Virus record (IMG/VR): IMGVR_UViG_2974597248_000001
Location: 49,479-113,478 of that record
From: a virus
Lineage: Duplodnaviria > Heunggongvirae > Uroviricota > Caudoviricetes > Demerecviridae
Reading direction: 5' to 3' (one strand)
DNA: 64,000 bases
Shown: in pieces, positions 36,291-43,789 of the stretch
Numbering within the stretch: the first letter of the stretch is position 1
Layout: each line of letters begins with the position of its first letter
Translations under genes and position numbers: made by a program
The notes under the pieces: generated by a model
Databases searched by the model: none
What the model was told of the DNA's origin: nothing
What the model saw: the letters and a program-made list of their open reading frames with translations, nothing else

Positions 36291-36366
36291 ACATCCATAG
36301 CTCAATGGTTAGAGCTACCGCCTCTTAAGCGGAGGGTTCTAGGTTCAAGTCCTAGTGGGTGTACCA
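36291..36366 (+). tRNA. tRNA-Lys (CTT)
   Basis: Acceptor ACATCCA/TGGGTGT, D stem GCTC/GAGC, anticodon loop CTCTTAA, T arm CTAGG-TTCAAGT-CCTAG, CCA. Confidence 0.5.
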
Positions 36367-36485
36367 AATTTCAGTGCAGAACACGGAGCTAGCAATTCGG
36401 AAGTGCTGACTCATGATAAGCTGCCTATGTACTTGCGAAGCGGTCGAGTCCAAGACTCGGACTCTTGCACTGAAAATAATCAAAC

Positions 36486-36606
36486 ATTCTAGCGTGGTTG
36501 ATGGGGAAACCAGCTTGGCTAGGGCAGAAGCTCGTTCGATTCGAGTGAAAGAATGGTTCTCGTAAGTCCGCACAAGTGATAACAGGTTCGAGTCCTGTCT
36601 AGAATG
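36486..36606 (+). ncRNA. 121-nt tRNA-like stable RNA candidate (7-bp acceptor-like end pairing plus T arm, 50-nt internal insertion)
   Basis: ATTCTAG (36486-92) pairs perfectly with CTAGAAT (36599-605). A T arm ACAGG-TTCGAGT-CCTGT and an internal hairpin GCTCG-TTCGATT-CGAGT are present. No ORF. Confidence 0.4.
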
Positions 36607-36756
36607 ACACTATAAAGTTTACTTATTATGTAGGTTCCGATAGATCGGCGGGTCTATTCTGGCAGTTAAGAGAAGTCTCGCAAACTTCTTTGTCAGCCGT
36701 GGGGTTGGTAGCCTCCAGGTGGCCTACACAATAAGTAAATTTATTAAAAAATTCAT

Positions 36757-36785
36757 TTGCTATTTCGCTTAACTATCTGTATAAT
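36757..36785 (+). promoter_or_regulatory. T5-early-type sigma70 promoter
   Basis: TTGCTA-17-TATAAT. Confidence 0.6.
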
Positions 36786-36817
36786 ATATTTTATAAAGTG
36801 AAGAGAAGGAAAGCAAA

Positions 36818-36976
36818 ATGAAACACAAGATAGCTCAAGTTTTTATGGCATTATGGTGTATGCCAATAGCTATAACAGCATTTAATTTAGATACTCTTAC
36901 TATAGAAGAAAAATGTATCGGATTAGTTAGCGGCTTTAGTATGTTGGGCTTATCTTTGTTGTGGTTGAAGAAATAA
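36818..36976 (+). CDS. small membrane protein
   Basis: 52 aa with a hydrophobic core; promoter at 36757-36785. Confidence 0.4.
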   Translation: MKHKIAQVFMALWCMPIAITAFNLDTLTIEEKCIGLVSGFSMLGLSLLWLKK

Positions 36977-36980
36977 TATT

Positions 36981-37058
36981 CTCCGTGTAGCTCAGTTTGG
37001 CCAGAGCGTTTCGTTTGGGGCGATAGGGTCGGGGGTTCAAATCCTCCCACGGAGACCA
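36981..37058 (+). tRNA. tRNA-Pro (TGG)
   Basis: Acceptor CTCCGTG/CACGGAG, D stem GCTC/GAGC, anticodon loop TTTGGGG, T arm GGGGG-TTCAAAT-CCTCC, CCA. Confidence 0.55.
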
Positions 37059-37064
37059 AACAAT

Positions 37065-37142
37065 TGCGGGTTAGATCTCTGGCAGAGATCGCTAGTCTCA
37101 TAAGCTAGAAAGAGGTAGGTTCGATTCCTGCACCCGCTTCCA
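37065..37142 (+). tRNA. tRNA (CAT; Met/fMet/Ile-lysidine type)
   Basis: Acceptor TGCGGGT/ACCCGCT, D stem GATC/GATC, anticodon stem CTAGT/GCTAG around loop CTCATAA, T arm GTAGG-TTCGATT-CCTGC, CCA. Confidence 0.55.
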
Positions 37143-37331
37143 TTTTAATAGAGGATTTCGAAATGAAAGTATTTCGATTAGTAGTAAGTGACAAACGGTT
37201 AGGTAAGAATACATCAAAATCCTTACTCGCTCATTATGGTAAAAATTGGGATGAAGTAATGGTAGAGTTTAGTACTAATCACCCTTACTTGAAAGTTCAC
37301 TCTATTAAAGAAGTATACAATGGTTACTAAT

Positions 37332-37410
37332 AGATCGCTAGCTCAATAGGTTTAGTAGCATCCGACTTTTAATCGGAAGGTTCTGGGTTCGAGTCCCAGG
37401 CGATCTACCA
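37332..37410 (+). tRNA. tRNA-Lys (TTT)
   Basis: Acceptor AGATCGC/GCGATCT, anticodon stem TCCGA/TCGGA around loop CTTTTAA, T arm CTGGG-TTCGAGT-CCCAG, CCA. Confidence 0.65.
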
Positions 37411-37428
37411 ATTTCAAGAAAAACGCGG

Positions 37429-37457
37429 TTGCTTGATGCTTAATTTCTTGTTATAAT
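37429..37457 (+). promoter_or_regulatory. T5-early-type sigma70 promoter followed by a 330-nt ORF-less leader
   Basis: TTGCTT-17-TATAAT. The next gene is tRNA-Ala at 37790. Confidence 0.55.
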
Positions 37458-37789
37458 ATTTATATAAATTGATGCGAAAATAGCTGCCTAGATACCAGGT
37501 GTATGACGTCTACACTAGCAGAGCTACCGAAAAAGAGATCCTAAGGATAAACGTCGTAGCAAAATTAGTCTGGTATCCATCAATTTAGTTCACTAAGGTA
37601 TTAGCTCGACCTAGGACTGGCTGCCAAAAAGCACGATCCCTACGATTCGGGAGAAGTTCTAGATTAGTCCACTAGATTCATAGGCAACTGAATAGTGTAT
37701 CGGGTTTGCGAGATGACGCGGCTCCTTCCGCTCAAAGCGAAGGTGCTGTAGTTACGCCGAGCTAATAGCCTTAGTAAACTAAAGAATTT

Positions 37790-37864
37790 GGGCGAATAGT
37801 GTCAGCGGGAGCACACCAGACTTGCAATCTGGTAGGGAGGGTTCGAGTCCCTCTTTGTCCACCA
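37790..37864 (+). tRNA. tRNA-Ala (TGC)
   Basis: Acceptor GGGCGAA/TTTGTCC (with G-U pairs), D stem GTGT/GCAC, anticodon stem CCAGA/TCTGG around loop CTTGCAA, T arm GAGGG-TTCGAGT-CCCTC, CCA. Confidence 0.6.
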
Positions 37865-37869
37865 AATAT

Positions 37870-37946
37870 GCGTGATTGATGGAATGGGCATACATACCGT
37901 CCTTAGAAGTCGGGTTTTGAGGGTTCGAATCCCTTGTCACGCACCA
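37870..37946 (+). tRNA. tRNA-like (anticodon TAG by position; atypical D / anticodon-stem junction)
   Basis: Acceptor GCGTGAT/GTCACGC, T arm GAGGG-TTCGAAT-CCCTT, CCA. The anticodon stem CCGTC/GTCGG has one mismatch around loop CTTAGAA. Confidence 0.35.
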
Positions 37947-38058
37947 AATTTGATGGTCAGAGTAAATTAAACCTACTATCTCGGTTGAGCTGTTTTAATG
38001 GGTTCGAATCCCAGCGAGGCGTAACTGCCTGGTGTGATAGAGGCATCATCTTATTATT

Positions 38059-38149
38059 GGAAGAGCAAATCGAATTGGCGACGAAAACCGCTTGGAAAGT
38101 GGCTGACTGGTAAAACGGCTTGAGAGTTCAAATCTCTCCTCTTCCGCCA
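38059..38149 (+). tRNA. class II-length tRNA-like gene, anticodon arm unresolved
   Basis: Perfect acceptor GGAAGAG/CTCTTCC, T arm GAGAG-TTCAAAT-CTCTC, CCA. I could not fold the internal 50 nt into a canonical anticodon arm. Confidence 0.3.
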
Positions 38150-38155
38150 AACAAT

Positions 38156-38245
38156 AGAAGATAGGACGTAGTGGTACGTAACTGGTCTTGAAAACCAGCC
38201 CGCTGTAGCGATACGGTGATGGTTCGACTCCATTATCTTCTGCCA
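38156..38245 (+). tRNA. tRNA-Ser (TGA), class II
   Basis: Acceptor AGAAGAT/ATCTTCT, anticodon stem CTGGT/ACCAG around loop CTTGAAA, long variable arm, T arm GATGG-TTCGACT-CCATT, CCA. Confidence 0.65.
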
Positions 38246-38265
38246 ATTAACTATAAGGAAATCTT

Positions 38266-38439
38266 ATGAGCAAAACAGTTACTGTAACAATGAAGGATGG
38301 TAAAAAATTTAAAGCATGTCTTCATGAAACAGATAGGGGATGGATGGCTTATTTGCCACACCTAGATTCCACCGGGTATGGAATGACCCAACGTGAAGCT
38401 ATTGTTGATGCATTAAATGAGGCTTCTGCTGGTTTATAA
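38266..38439 (+). CDS. small hypothetical protein
   Basis: 57 aa; RBS AAGGAAAT. Confidence 0.4.
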   Translation: MSKTVTVTMKDGKKFKACLHETDRGWMAYLPHLDSTGYGMTQREAIVDALNEASAGL

Positions 38440-38448
38440 AAAAATTCT

Positions 38449-38580
38449 TGAAGTATGCCGGAATCGGTAGACGGGGCTGCCTAAAAGGTTTATAGGGAAC
38501 ATCCACTCCCTGCAACATACCTCATAAAGCGGCTGAGATAAATGGTCTATCTCGTGAAGGTTCAAGTCCTTCTACTTCTT
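38449..38580 (+). ncRNA. 130-nt tRNA-like RNA candidate (D-loop-like AATCGGTAGAC, T arm GAAGG-TTCAAGT-CCTTC, 6/7 end pairing)
   Basis: The end pairing TGAAGTA/TACTTCT has 6 of 7 pairs. CTTCTACT (38568-79) is complementary to AGTAGAAG (38671-82) further downstream. Confidence 0.3.
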
Positions 38581-38809
38581 GATACATCTATGGCTCAAAG
38601 TGTAACGGTGCTATTTGATGCTCTTGGTAAGACTTCCCCGACATGCGTTCGGGAGTAAGCTACTACGGCTAGAGTAGAAGAGTTTCGGAGAGCCGCCACA
38701 ATTGAAAATTCGTACTCGTCTTGAGCTGCGCGCAATAGGAGATAACTTGATTAGTATTCTAGAACATGCTAATTGAGGATGGTTTCGCTAACCCTGCGAG
38801 TTTTCAATT

Positions 38810-38886
38810 GTGGCTATATCATAATTGGTTAATGATCCTGATTGTGAATCAGGCCTATGTGGATTCGAATTCCACTAGCCACCCCA
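38810..38886 (+). tRNA. tRNA-His (GTG)
   Basis: Acceptor GTGGCTA/TAGCCAC, D stem TCAT/ATGA, anticodon stem CCTGA/TCAGG around loop TTGTGAA, T arm GTGGA-TTCGAAT-TCCAC, CCA. Confidence 0.65.
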
Positions 38887-38911
38887 AATTAACTTAAATA
38901 GGAAATAAAAT

Positions 38912-39109
38912 ATGGCTGATTTCTGCAAACAATGCTCCATTGATATGTGGGGCAGAGATACTGGCGATCTTTCTGGTTTGATTACAGAAGCTGAGGTCAA
39001 AGAAGGTTATGGTGCAGTTGTGATTTGTGAAGGATGCGGAGTTATTCGAGTAGATCATGAAGGCAAACGTTTAGAAGAACCAGAAAACTTAGGAGAAACA
39101 AATGAGTAA
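38912..39109 (+). CDS. Cys-containing small protein
   Basis: 65 aa with CKQC...CEGCG. Confidence 0.45.
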   Translation: MADFCKQCSIDMWGRDTGDLSGLITEAEVKEGYGAVVICEGCGVIRVDHEGKRLEEPENLGETNE

Positions 39110-39338
39110 TGCTTTAATTAGTGAAATTATGTTAACACGTCTTACAGAACTGCAAAATCTTAAAGAGGAAGCCCAGAGCAATCTAGCTTACTATAAACAG
39201 ATGGTAGATACTCTTACCACCCGTATTGATAATTATGAGCGTGATATTGCAGCATTACAAGCTCTTTTCTCTGTGCCAACACCAGATACGTTAGAGCAGC
39301 CCGGTGTATCTCAGCCACTAGAAACAGCATCTAGTTAA
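39102..39338 (+). CDS. hypothetical coiled-coil protein
   Basis: 78 aa. Confidence 0.45.
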   Translation: MSNALISEIMLTRLTELQNLKEEAQSNLAYYKQMVDTLTTRIDNYERDIAALQALFSVPTPDTLEQPGVSQPLETASS

Positions 39339-39347
39339 TAGCATTTT

Positions 39348-39420
39348 TGGAGTGTAGATCAATTGGCAGATCGTCGGCCTCTGACTCCGAAGGTTCCTGG
39401 TTCGACCCCAGGCACTCCAG
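39348..39420 (+). tRNA. tRNA-Gln (CTG), U1-A72 type
   Basis: Acceptor TGGAGTG/CACTCCA, D stem GATC/GATC, anticodon loop CTCTGAC, T arm CCTGG-TTCGACC-CCAGG. No CCA is encoded. Confidence 0.55.
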
Positions 39421-39429
39421 CTAAATAAT

Positions 39430-39505
39430 TGGAGAGTAGTGTAACGGTTAGCACAACGGCCTTTGACTCCGTTAATGGTAGGTTCGATTCCTCCTTCTCC
39501 AGCCA
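39430..39505 (+). tRNA. tRNA-Gln (TTG), U1 type
   Basis: Acceptor TGGAGAG/TTCTCCA, D stem GTGT/GCAC, anticodon loop CTTTGAC, T arm GTAGG-TTCGATT-CCTCC, CCA. Confidence 0.55.
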
Positions 39506-39513
39506 AACAATAA

Positions 39514-39589
39514 GCGGTTAAGCACACGGGTTGTGTCGCAGGCCTTCCAAGCCTCGCTGAGTAGGGTTCGATTCCCTCTAGCCGCTCCA
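39514..39589 (+). tRNA. tRNA-Gly (TCC)
   Basis: Acceptor GCGGTTA/TAGCCGC, anticodon loop CTTCCAA, T arm TAGGG-TTCGATT-CCCTC, CCA. Confidence 0.5.
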
Positions 39590-39605
39590 ACTTTAAGGGA
39601 ACATT

Positions 39606-39827
39606 ATGCACGTTTTTGAGTTTCGTAATAAAAGTACTGATAAACGAGTTATTATTATTGGAGAAACATACCGAGCATACGAACAAACTGACGGCTCTGT
39701 TATCCTGAATGATGAGAAAGGGGGTTTTAGCTTTTATCCAGAAGAACCTTATGAAGAGTTTCGTACAAAGTTTCTTTTACCAGACTGGCTAGAAGTAGCA
39801 CAGCAACGAGAACGAGAAGATGGCTGA
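39606..39827 (+). CDS. hypothetical protein
   Basis: 73 aa. Confidence 0.45.
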   Translation: MHVFEFRNKSTDKRVIIIGETYRAYEQTDGSVILNDEKGGFSFYPEEPYEEFRTKFLLPDWLEVAQQREREDG

Positions 39828-39965
39828 TAACCTAAAAGTCAAGATCGATAAACAAAAGAAACGTGTAGCCTTCACTTTTGAATTTATACAATAAATGGCA
39901 ATGACAGTTATGGCTGATAAGTCTCCTGTTATTGAAAAAGAAATCCCGTTGAAATAACGGGTTCT

Positions 39966-40052
39966 GCTGGGTTGGCAGAATGGCTGAATGCACCTGATTT
40001 GTAATCAGGAGGAGTAATCCCGTTGCAGGTTCGAATCCTGCGCCCAGCACCA
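39966..40052 (+). tRNA. class II-shaped tRNA with anticodon loop TTTGTAA (TGT by position), identity uncertain
   Basis: Acceptor GCTGGGT/GCCCAGC, D stem GCA/TGC, anticodon stem CCTGA/TCAGG, 15-nt variable region, T arm GCAGG-TTCGAAT-CCTGC, CCA. Confidence 0.45.
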
Positions 40053-40066
40053 ATTTAAGGACTATT

Positions 40067-40234
40067 ATGTTTAAACTGTTAGTAGTTATCTGGTATAGTC
40101 AATCAAATAGAGCGAATACCTCCCATATTATAGACTTTAATACTAAAAATGAAGCTGAAAAAGCATATGCTAATTTAATAGAACGTAATAAAGAATCTCG
40201 TAGTATAGTTTATGAAGTGACTAAACTTTATTAA
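40067..40234 (+). CDS. small hypothetical protein
   Basis: 55 aa. Confidence 0.35.
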   Translation: MFKLLVVIWYSQSNRANTSHIIDFNTKNEAEKAYANLIERNKESRSIVYEVTKLY

Positions 40235-40242
40235 AAATTCAT

Positions 40243-40271
40243 TTGCCTTCTCTCTTATTTCTTGTTATAAT
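40243..40271 (+). promoter_or_regulatory. T5-early-type sigma70 promoter
   Basis: TTGCCT-17-TATAAT. Confidence 0.55.
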
Positions 40272-40301
40272 ATTTATATAAATTAATGAGAGGGAAACCA
40301 A

Positions 40302-40592
40302 ATGAAACGTTATCTTTCTGTTGTATTCCAAACCGGTGGTCAACGCTATACCTATGAATTTCCTAGCTCTTGGAAGATCAAAGAAGGTGATCAAGTAGTA
40401 GTGTTAACACCGCGTGAGGGTTTCAAGGTAGTAACGGTTAAGCAAGTATTTCCAAAAGATCGTGAACCAGCTAAAGGCATTCGCTATAAGATGATTCATG
40501 GTGTAGTTCGTCAAGTACCACGAACTGAGGTAGAGGTAGATAAGACTGGAGAAGCTAAATTCCATTATACTTCTTACTTAGACAGTGTATGA
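40302..40592 (+). CDS. hypothetical protein
   Basis: 96 aa; promoter at 40243-40271. Confidence 0.5.
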   Translation: MKRYLSVVFQTGGQRYTYEFPSSWKIKEGDQVVVLTPREGFKVVTVKQVFPKDREPAKGIRYKMIHGVVRQVPRTEVEVDKTGEAKFHYTSYLDSV

Positions 40593-40607
40593 TGTAAATA
40601 TTCTAAT

Positions 40608-40684
40608 ACTTCGGTAGCTTAGCGATCTAAAGCACTCGGCTGATAACTGAGAGATCGGGGGTTTAAATCCCTCCCGGAGTACCA
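40608..40684 (+). tRNA. tRNA-Ile (GAT)
   Basis: Acceptor ACTTCGG/CCGGAGT, D stem GCTT/AAGC, anticodon stem CTCGG/CTGAG around loop CTGATAA, T arm GGGGG-TTTAAAT-CCCTC, CCA. Confidence 0.6.
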
Positions 40685-40780
40685 AATTTAGGAATTAAGA
40701 CTATGCGTCCAGGAAAGTTTAAAAAAGCTAATTGGTCTAAAGAGTATAAAGAATACTTACTTAGTCTAGTAAAACATAAC

Positions 40781-40856
40781 AGTTAGTTGGCAGAGTGGTT
40801 ATGCACCTCCTTCATACGGAGCGACTACAGTGGTTCAAATCCACTACTAACTACCA
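40781..40856 (+). tRNA. tRNA (CAT; third Met/fMet/Ile-lysidine-type gene)
   Basis: Acceptor AGTTAGT/ACTAACT, anticodon stem CTCC/GGAG around loop TTCATAC, T arm AGTGG-TTCAAAT-CCACT, CCA. Confidence 0.55.
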
Positions 40857-40879
40857 AATTCTAACATCGGGGAGATCTA

Positions 40880-41248
40880 ATGAAAGCATATCAAAACCTT
40901 AAATCTGGCGTAATCAACCTCGTTCATGAAAATCAGATCATTCAGCTATACTCCGATAACGGTGAACTTAAACAGAAAGTTCTAGTTGAAGATCTAGAAG
41001 GTATCACACCACAATTCGATCCTGAATCCTTCCGTGAAGTTAAGGTGGAAGTCGCTCCTCAAATCGAAGGTGGTCAGCACCTAAATGTCAATGTATTAAG
41101 CCGTGATCAGCTTTTGGATGCACAGAAACATCCTGAAAAATACCCTCAATTAACTATCCGTGTTTCAGGGTACGCTGTACGTTTTAACGCATTGACGCGT
41201 GAACAACAGAACGACGTTATTAGTCGTACATTTACTCAGGCGATGTAA
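40880..41248 (+). CDS. grcA: autonomous glycyl-radical cofactor (GrcA/YfiD-like spare-part protein)
   Basis: Near-identity to the E. coli GrcA C-terminus: [11 protein letters not shown]...[23 protein letters not shown]. Confidence 0.85.
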   Translation: MKAYQNLKSGVINLVHENQIIQLYSDNGELKQKVLVEDLEGITPQFDPESFREVKVEVAPQIEGGQHLNVNVLSRDQLLDAQKHPEKYPQLTIRVSGYAVRFNALTREQQNDVISRTFTQAM

Positions 41249-41329
41249 TGGGGTTTGGATACGATTTCTCCCAGCTACGCAAGGTAGTCGAGCAAACTCC
41301 GTTTATCTCCCAAGTTTTAGGAGAAATGT

Positions 41330-41617
41330 GTGGATCGAGCATTAAGACGCCATCACCGGCAACGTGTGAAGAACAACCGCAAGAAGTATTGGACAGTCTT
41401 TCCACATGAAGAAAGCCCTAAGCGGTTAGGTATTATCACTACTACTCCTTGCATCTGTTCTTGTTGGATGTGCGGGAACCCTCGCAAACACTATAAGAAC
41501 AGTAAAGCAGGCATGAAAACCTCGGAGATCAGGAAAATGGAAGCGATGATTGCAGACATTCCAAATGATGAATTTGATGGCTTTGTAGGGTTCGAAGATG
41601 AACGCCCCGATCTGTAA
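41330..41617 (+). CDS. hypothetical basic / Cys-cluster protein
   Basis: 95 aa. Confidence 0.45.
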   Translation: MDRALRRHHRQRVKNNRKKYWTVFPHEESPKRLGIITTTPCICSCWMCGNPRKHYKNSKAGMKTSEIRKMEAMIADIPNDEFDGFVGFEDERPDL

Positions 41618-41626
41618 TTAATAACA

Positions 41627-41665
41627 AACCCCAGCTATTGAATAAGTAGTCTGGGGTTTTTCTGT
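41627..41665 (+). terminator. rho-independent terminator
   Basis: AACCCCAG...CTGGGGTT followed by TTTCT. Confidence 0.6.
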
Positions 41666-41738
41666 ATAAAGGTACATAATATATGTATAATAAAATTCAT
41701 CCACATTAGGTTAATTTAAAAGACTTAATGGAGGTAAT

Positions 41739-42086
41739 ATGAGCCGTACTTATCGTAAACAATCTGGTGATCAGTGGTGGAAGTCTAAAGAACAATTCTC
41801 TCAAGAATATTCTTTCATCAAAGAAAATGGCTACTGGATTCGCGTTATTTATGCCAAATCCTGGGATGACATCAAAAAAGAAATGAAGGAAGCAACCATT
41901 CGTAATGAGAAAAAGGATGGTTATAACTGGAATTCTATTAGTAAGAATGTTAAGTGGCATTCTAATAAAATGGTTCGTCAAGGGAATCGTCAAGAACTCC
42001 ACCGCGTGATGAAAGATCCAGAAAATTATGATTATAATCGCGATCATGACATGCGTAAACGCGGGTTATGGTGGTGCTATGACTAA
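41739..42086 (+). CDS. hypothetical protein
   Basis: 115 aa. Confidence 0.5.
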   Translation: MSRTYRKQSGDQWWKSKEQFSQEYSFIKENGYWIRVIYAKSWDDIKKEMKEATIRNEKKDGYNWNSISKNVKWHSNKMVRQGNRQELHRVMKDPENYDYNRDHDMRKRGLWWCYD

Positions 42087-42103
42087 ATTCTGAAATAATT
42101 CAT

Positions 42104-42132
42104 TTGCTAAACCTCTCTTTTCTTGCTATAAT
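42104..42132 (+). promoter_or_regulatory. T5-early-type sigma70 promoter
   Basis: TTGCTA-17-TATAAT. Confidence 0.6.
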
Positions 42133-42162
42133 ATGTTTATAAATTGATGAGAGAGGTTTGAA

Positions 42163-42444
42163 ATGAAAACTCGTCTAGACTGTGCTGTTCATGTTCTTGA
42201 ACATGATGTTGCGGGAACCTGTATGTCTTACCACGAAGCAGGTCGTTTAATTAAAGAACGTGTGGCAGATGTGTGCGGATTGAAGATTACTGCTGAGGAA
42301 GCTGATGATCTTTTAGGTCAAGCACTGGAGAAAACCGAAATGTTTCTCTGCGATTCTTGTTCTTGGTGGTGTAAAGCTCACGAACGTTCTTTCAACGATT
42401 ATGATGTATGTCGTGATTGTAGTGGAGAGGATGAAGATGAATAA
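42163..42444 (+). CDS. Cys-rich hypothetical protein
   Basis: 93 aa; promoter at 42104-42132. Confidence 0.5.
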   Translation: MKTRLDCAVHVLEHDVAGTCMSYHEAGRLIKERVADVCGLKITAEEADDLLGQALEKTEMFLCDSCSWWCKAHERSFNDYDVCRDCSGEDEDE

Positions 42445-42736
42445 GTTTATTATTGCACTGGTGATCTCCGCAGTTAGTTTCGGTTCTCTGGCATCTACCA
42501 AAGTTTCTATGAAAAATGGTAATGTTAAAGTCCAACAGAACGGCATTATTACCGAGTATGGTAAAGTTCGTGATGTTAAGGAACGTAATGGTAAAGTAGA
42601 AATATATACTAATAAAAACTTCTCTACTCCAGCCGTTACTATTAGCAAACGCGGTGAAATAACCACTCAACGTACTAATAGCTCCAGTTCTTTTACTTGT
42701 CGTTATGATTGCGACTTTGAAGGTGAAGATGAATAA
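42437..42736 (+). CDS. small secreted protein
   Basis: Signal peptide MNKFIIALVISAVSFGSLAS. Confidence 0.45.
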   Translation: MNKFIIALVISAVSFGSLASTKVSMKNGNVKVQQNGIITEYGKVRDVKERNGKVEIYTNKNFSTPAVTISKRGEITTQRTNSSSSFTCRYDCDFEGEDE

Positions 42737-43148
42737 TTTAGACCCTAGAATTAAATTTGCTATTACAGAAATCCAAGATCAAATTGATGAGGACTTCACT
42801 GTTTGGTCAAGGTCTGGTAATGGAGAATATTGCCAGCTTTATAGCATGAAAATGGGTATCTCAATTGAGCTTAATATCAACTCTGAAGGTAGAGTAGAAG
42901 CCCAACCCATGTTCAGTGTTCCAGGCTTCTCTGGATTTGTTGCAGGTATAAAATTATGTCTACCAAATAACCATCTTCATCGAGTTATTTGTCAGCTAGT
43001 GACTATTAAGCATTTCTTGCCAGAAGGTAACATTAATGACTACTACCATGAGGTTGTAGCAGCTCATATGATGAAAGAACGCAAACGTCGGAGAGAAGAA
43101 CGTGAAAAGACTAAACATCAACAGCACAGTGCAGATTCCAGCAACTAA
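42729..43148 (+). CDS. hypothetical protein
   Basis: ORF of about 139 aa. Confidence 0.45.
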   Translation: MNNLDPRIKFAITEIQDQIDEDFTVWSRSGNGEYCQLYSMKMGISIELNINSEGRVEAQPMFSVPGFSGFVAGIKLCLPNNHLHRVICQLVTIKHFLPEGNINDYYHEVVAAHMMKERKRRREEREKTKHQQHSADSSN

Positions 43149-43398
43149 GGATGTTTTAACATTCCTACGTAGTGAGAATACCCAGTTTTGGCATGACTAT
43201 ATTCAGGAAAATAAAAATAATCCAGACATAGTTGCTTTTGCCAAGAAACGTATTGGTGAATATAAAGATCCAGAGATTAAAGATGGGATGATTACCATGC
43301 AGTTATGGATAGCTATGAAAACCTTTGGACCCACTATGAGTCTAGGGTTTACTCCACTATTTACTAATATTCTAATTAATGAAAAGGATCTGAAATGA
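43102..43398 (+). CDS. hypothetical protein
   Basis: 98 aa. Confidence 0.4.
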   Translation: MKRLNINSTVQIPATKDVLTFLRSENTQFWHDYIQENKNNPDIVAFAKKRIGEYKDPEIKDGMITMQLWIAMKTFGPTMSLGFTPLFTNILINEKDLK

Positions 43399-43679
43399 TT
43401 ATCTCTCCATTTGCTCTTTGGTTCGTCATTGGATCTGTAGTTGCTATTTACAGCTTGGTTGATGATCTGTATATTTCTAAGAATAAAGATGTAATATTAT
43501 ACGTTATACATAAAACTCGACCGTTAGATCTGCCACCTCTTGATGATAAAACATTACTCAGATGTGCTAGATCTGTGATATTTATTGTGGATATTCTTCT
43601 AGGCCCAACATCTGTGTTTTTCTTTTATAGAAAAACTCGTAATATGAAAAAATTTAAAGCTGAAATGCAGAATACTTAA
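43395..43679 (+). CDS. membrane protein
   Basis: 94 aa with TM helices. Confidence 0.45.
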   Translation: MIISPFALWFVIGSVVAIYSLVDDLYISKNKDVILYVIHKTRPLDLPPLDDKTLLRCARSVIFIVDILLGPTSVFFFYRKTRNMKKFKAEMQNT

Positions 43680-43789
43680 AGAACTCGCGTAGGACCGAGT
43701 TGCGTCACCTGCAACTGTTACGGATAAGGGAGTCGTGCCCCTTAGTGCGGTAAGTGGTGAGTTGGTCGCTGACCTTAACTGGAGATTAT

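Noticed and set aside
34579-37101. Other small ORFs overlapping tRNAs (34579..34797-, 34742..34933-, 35944..36261-, 36352..36573-, 36835..37101-, 39318..39686-, 39832..40053-).
   Set aside because: They lie antisense to tRNA genes or structured RNA, with no expression signals.
37947-38040. Possible tRNA with T loop TGGG-TTCGAAT-CCCA.
   Set aside because: No acceptor pairing, and the T stem has an A-G mismatch. It may be a degenerate tRNA remnant.
38046-38246. ORF of 66 aa on the minus strand.
   Set aside because: It exactly overlaps two well-folding tRNA genes (class II-like at 38059 and Ser-TGA at 38156).
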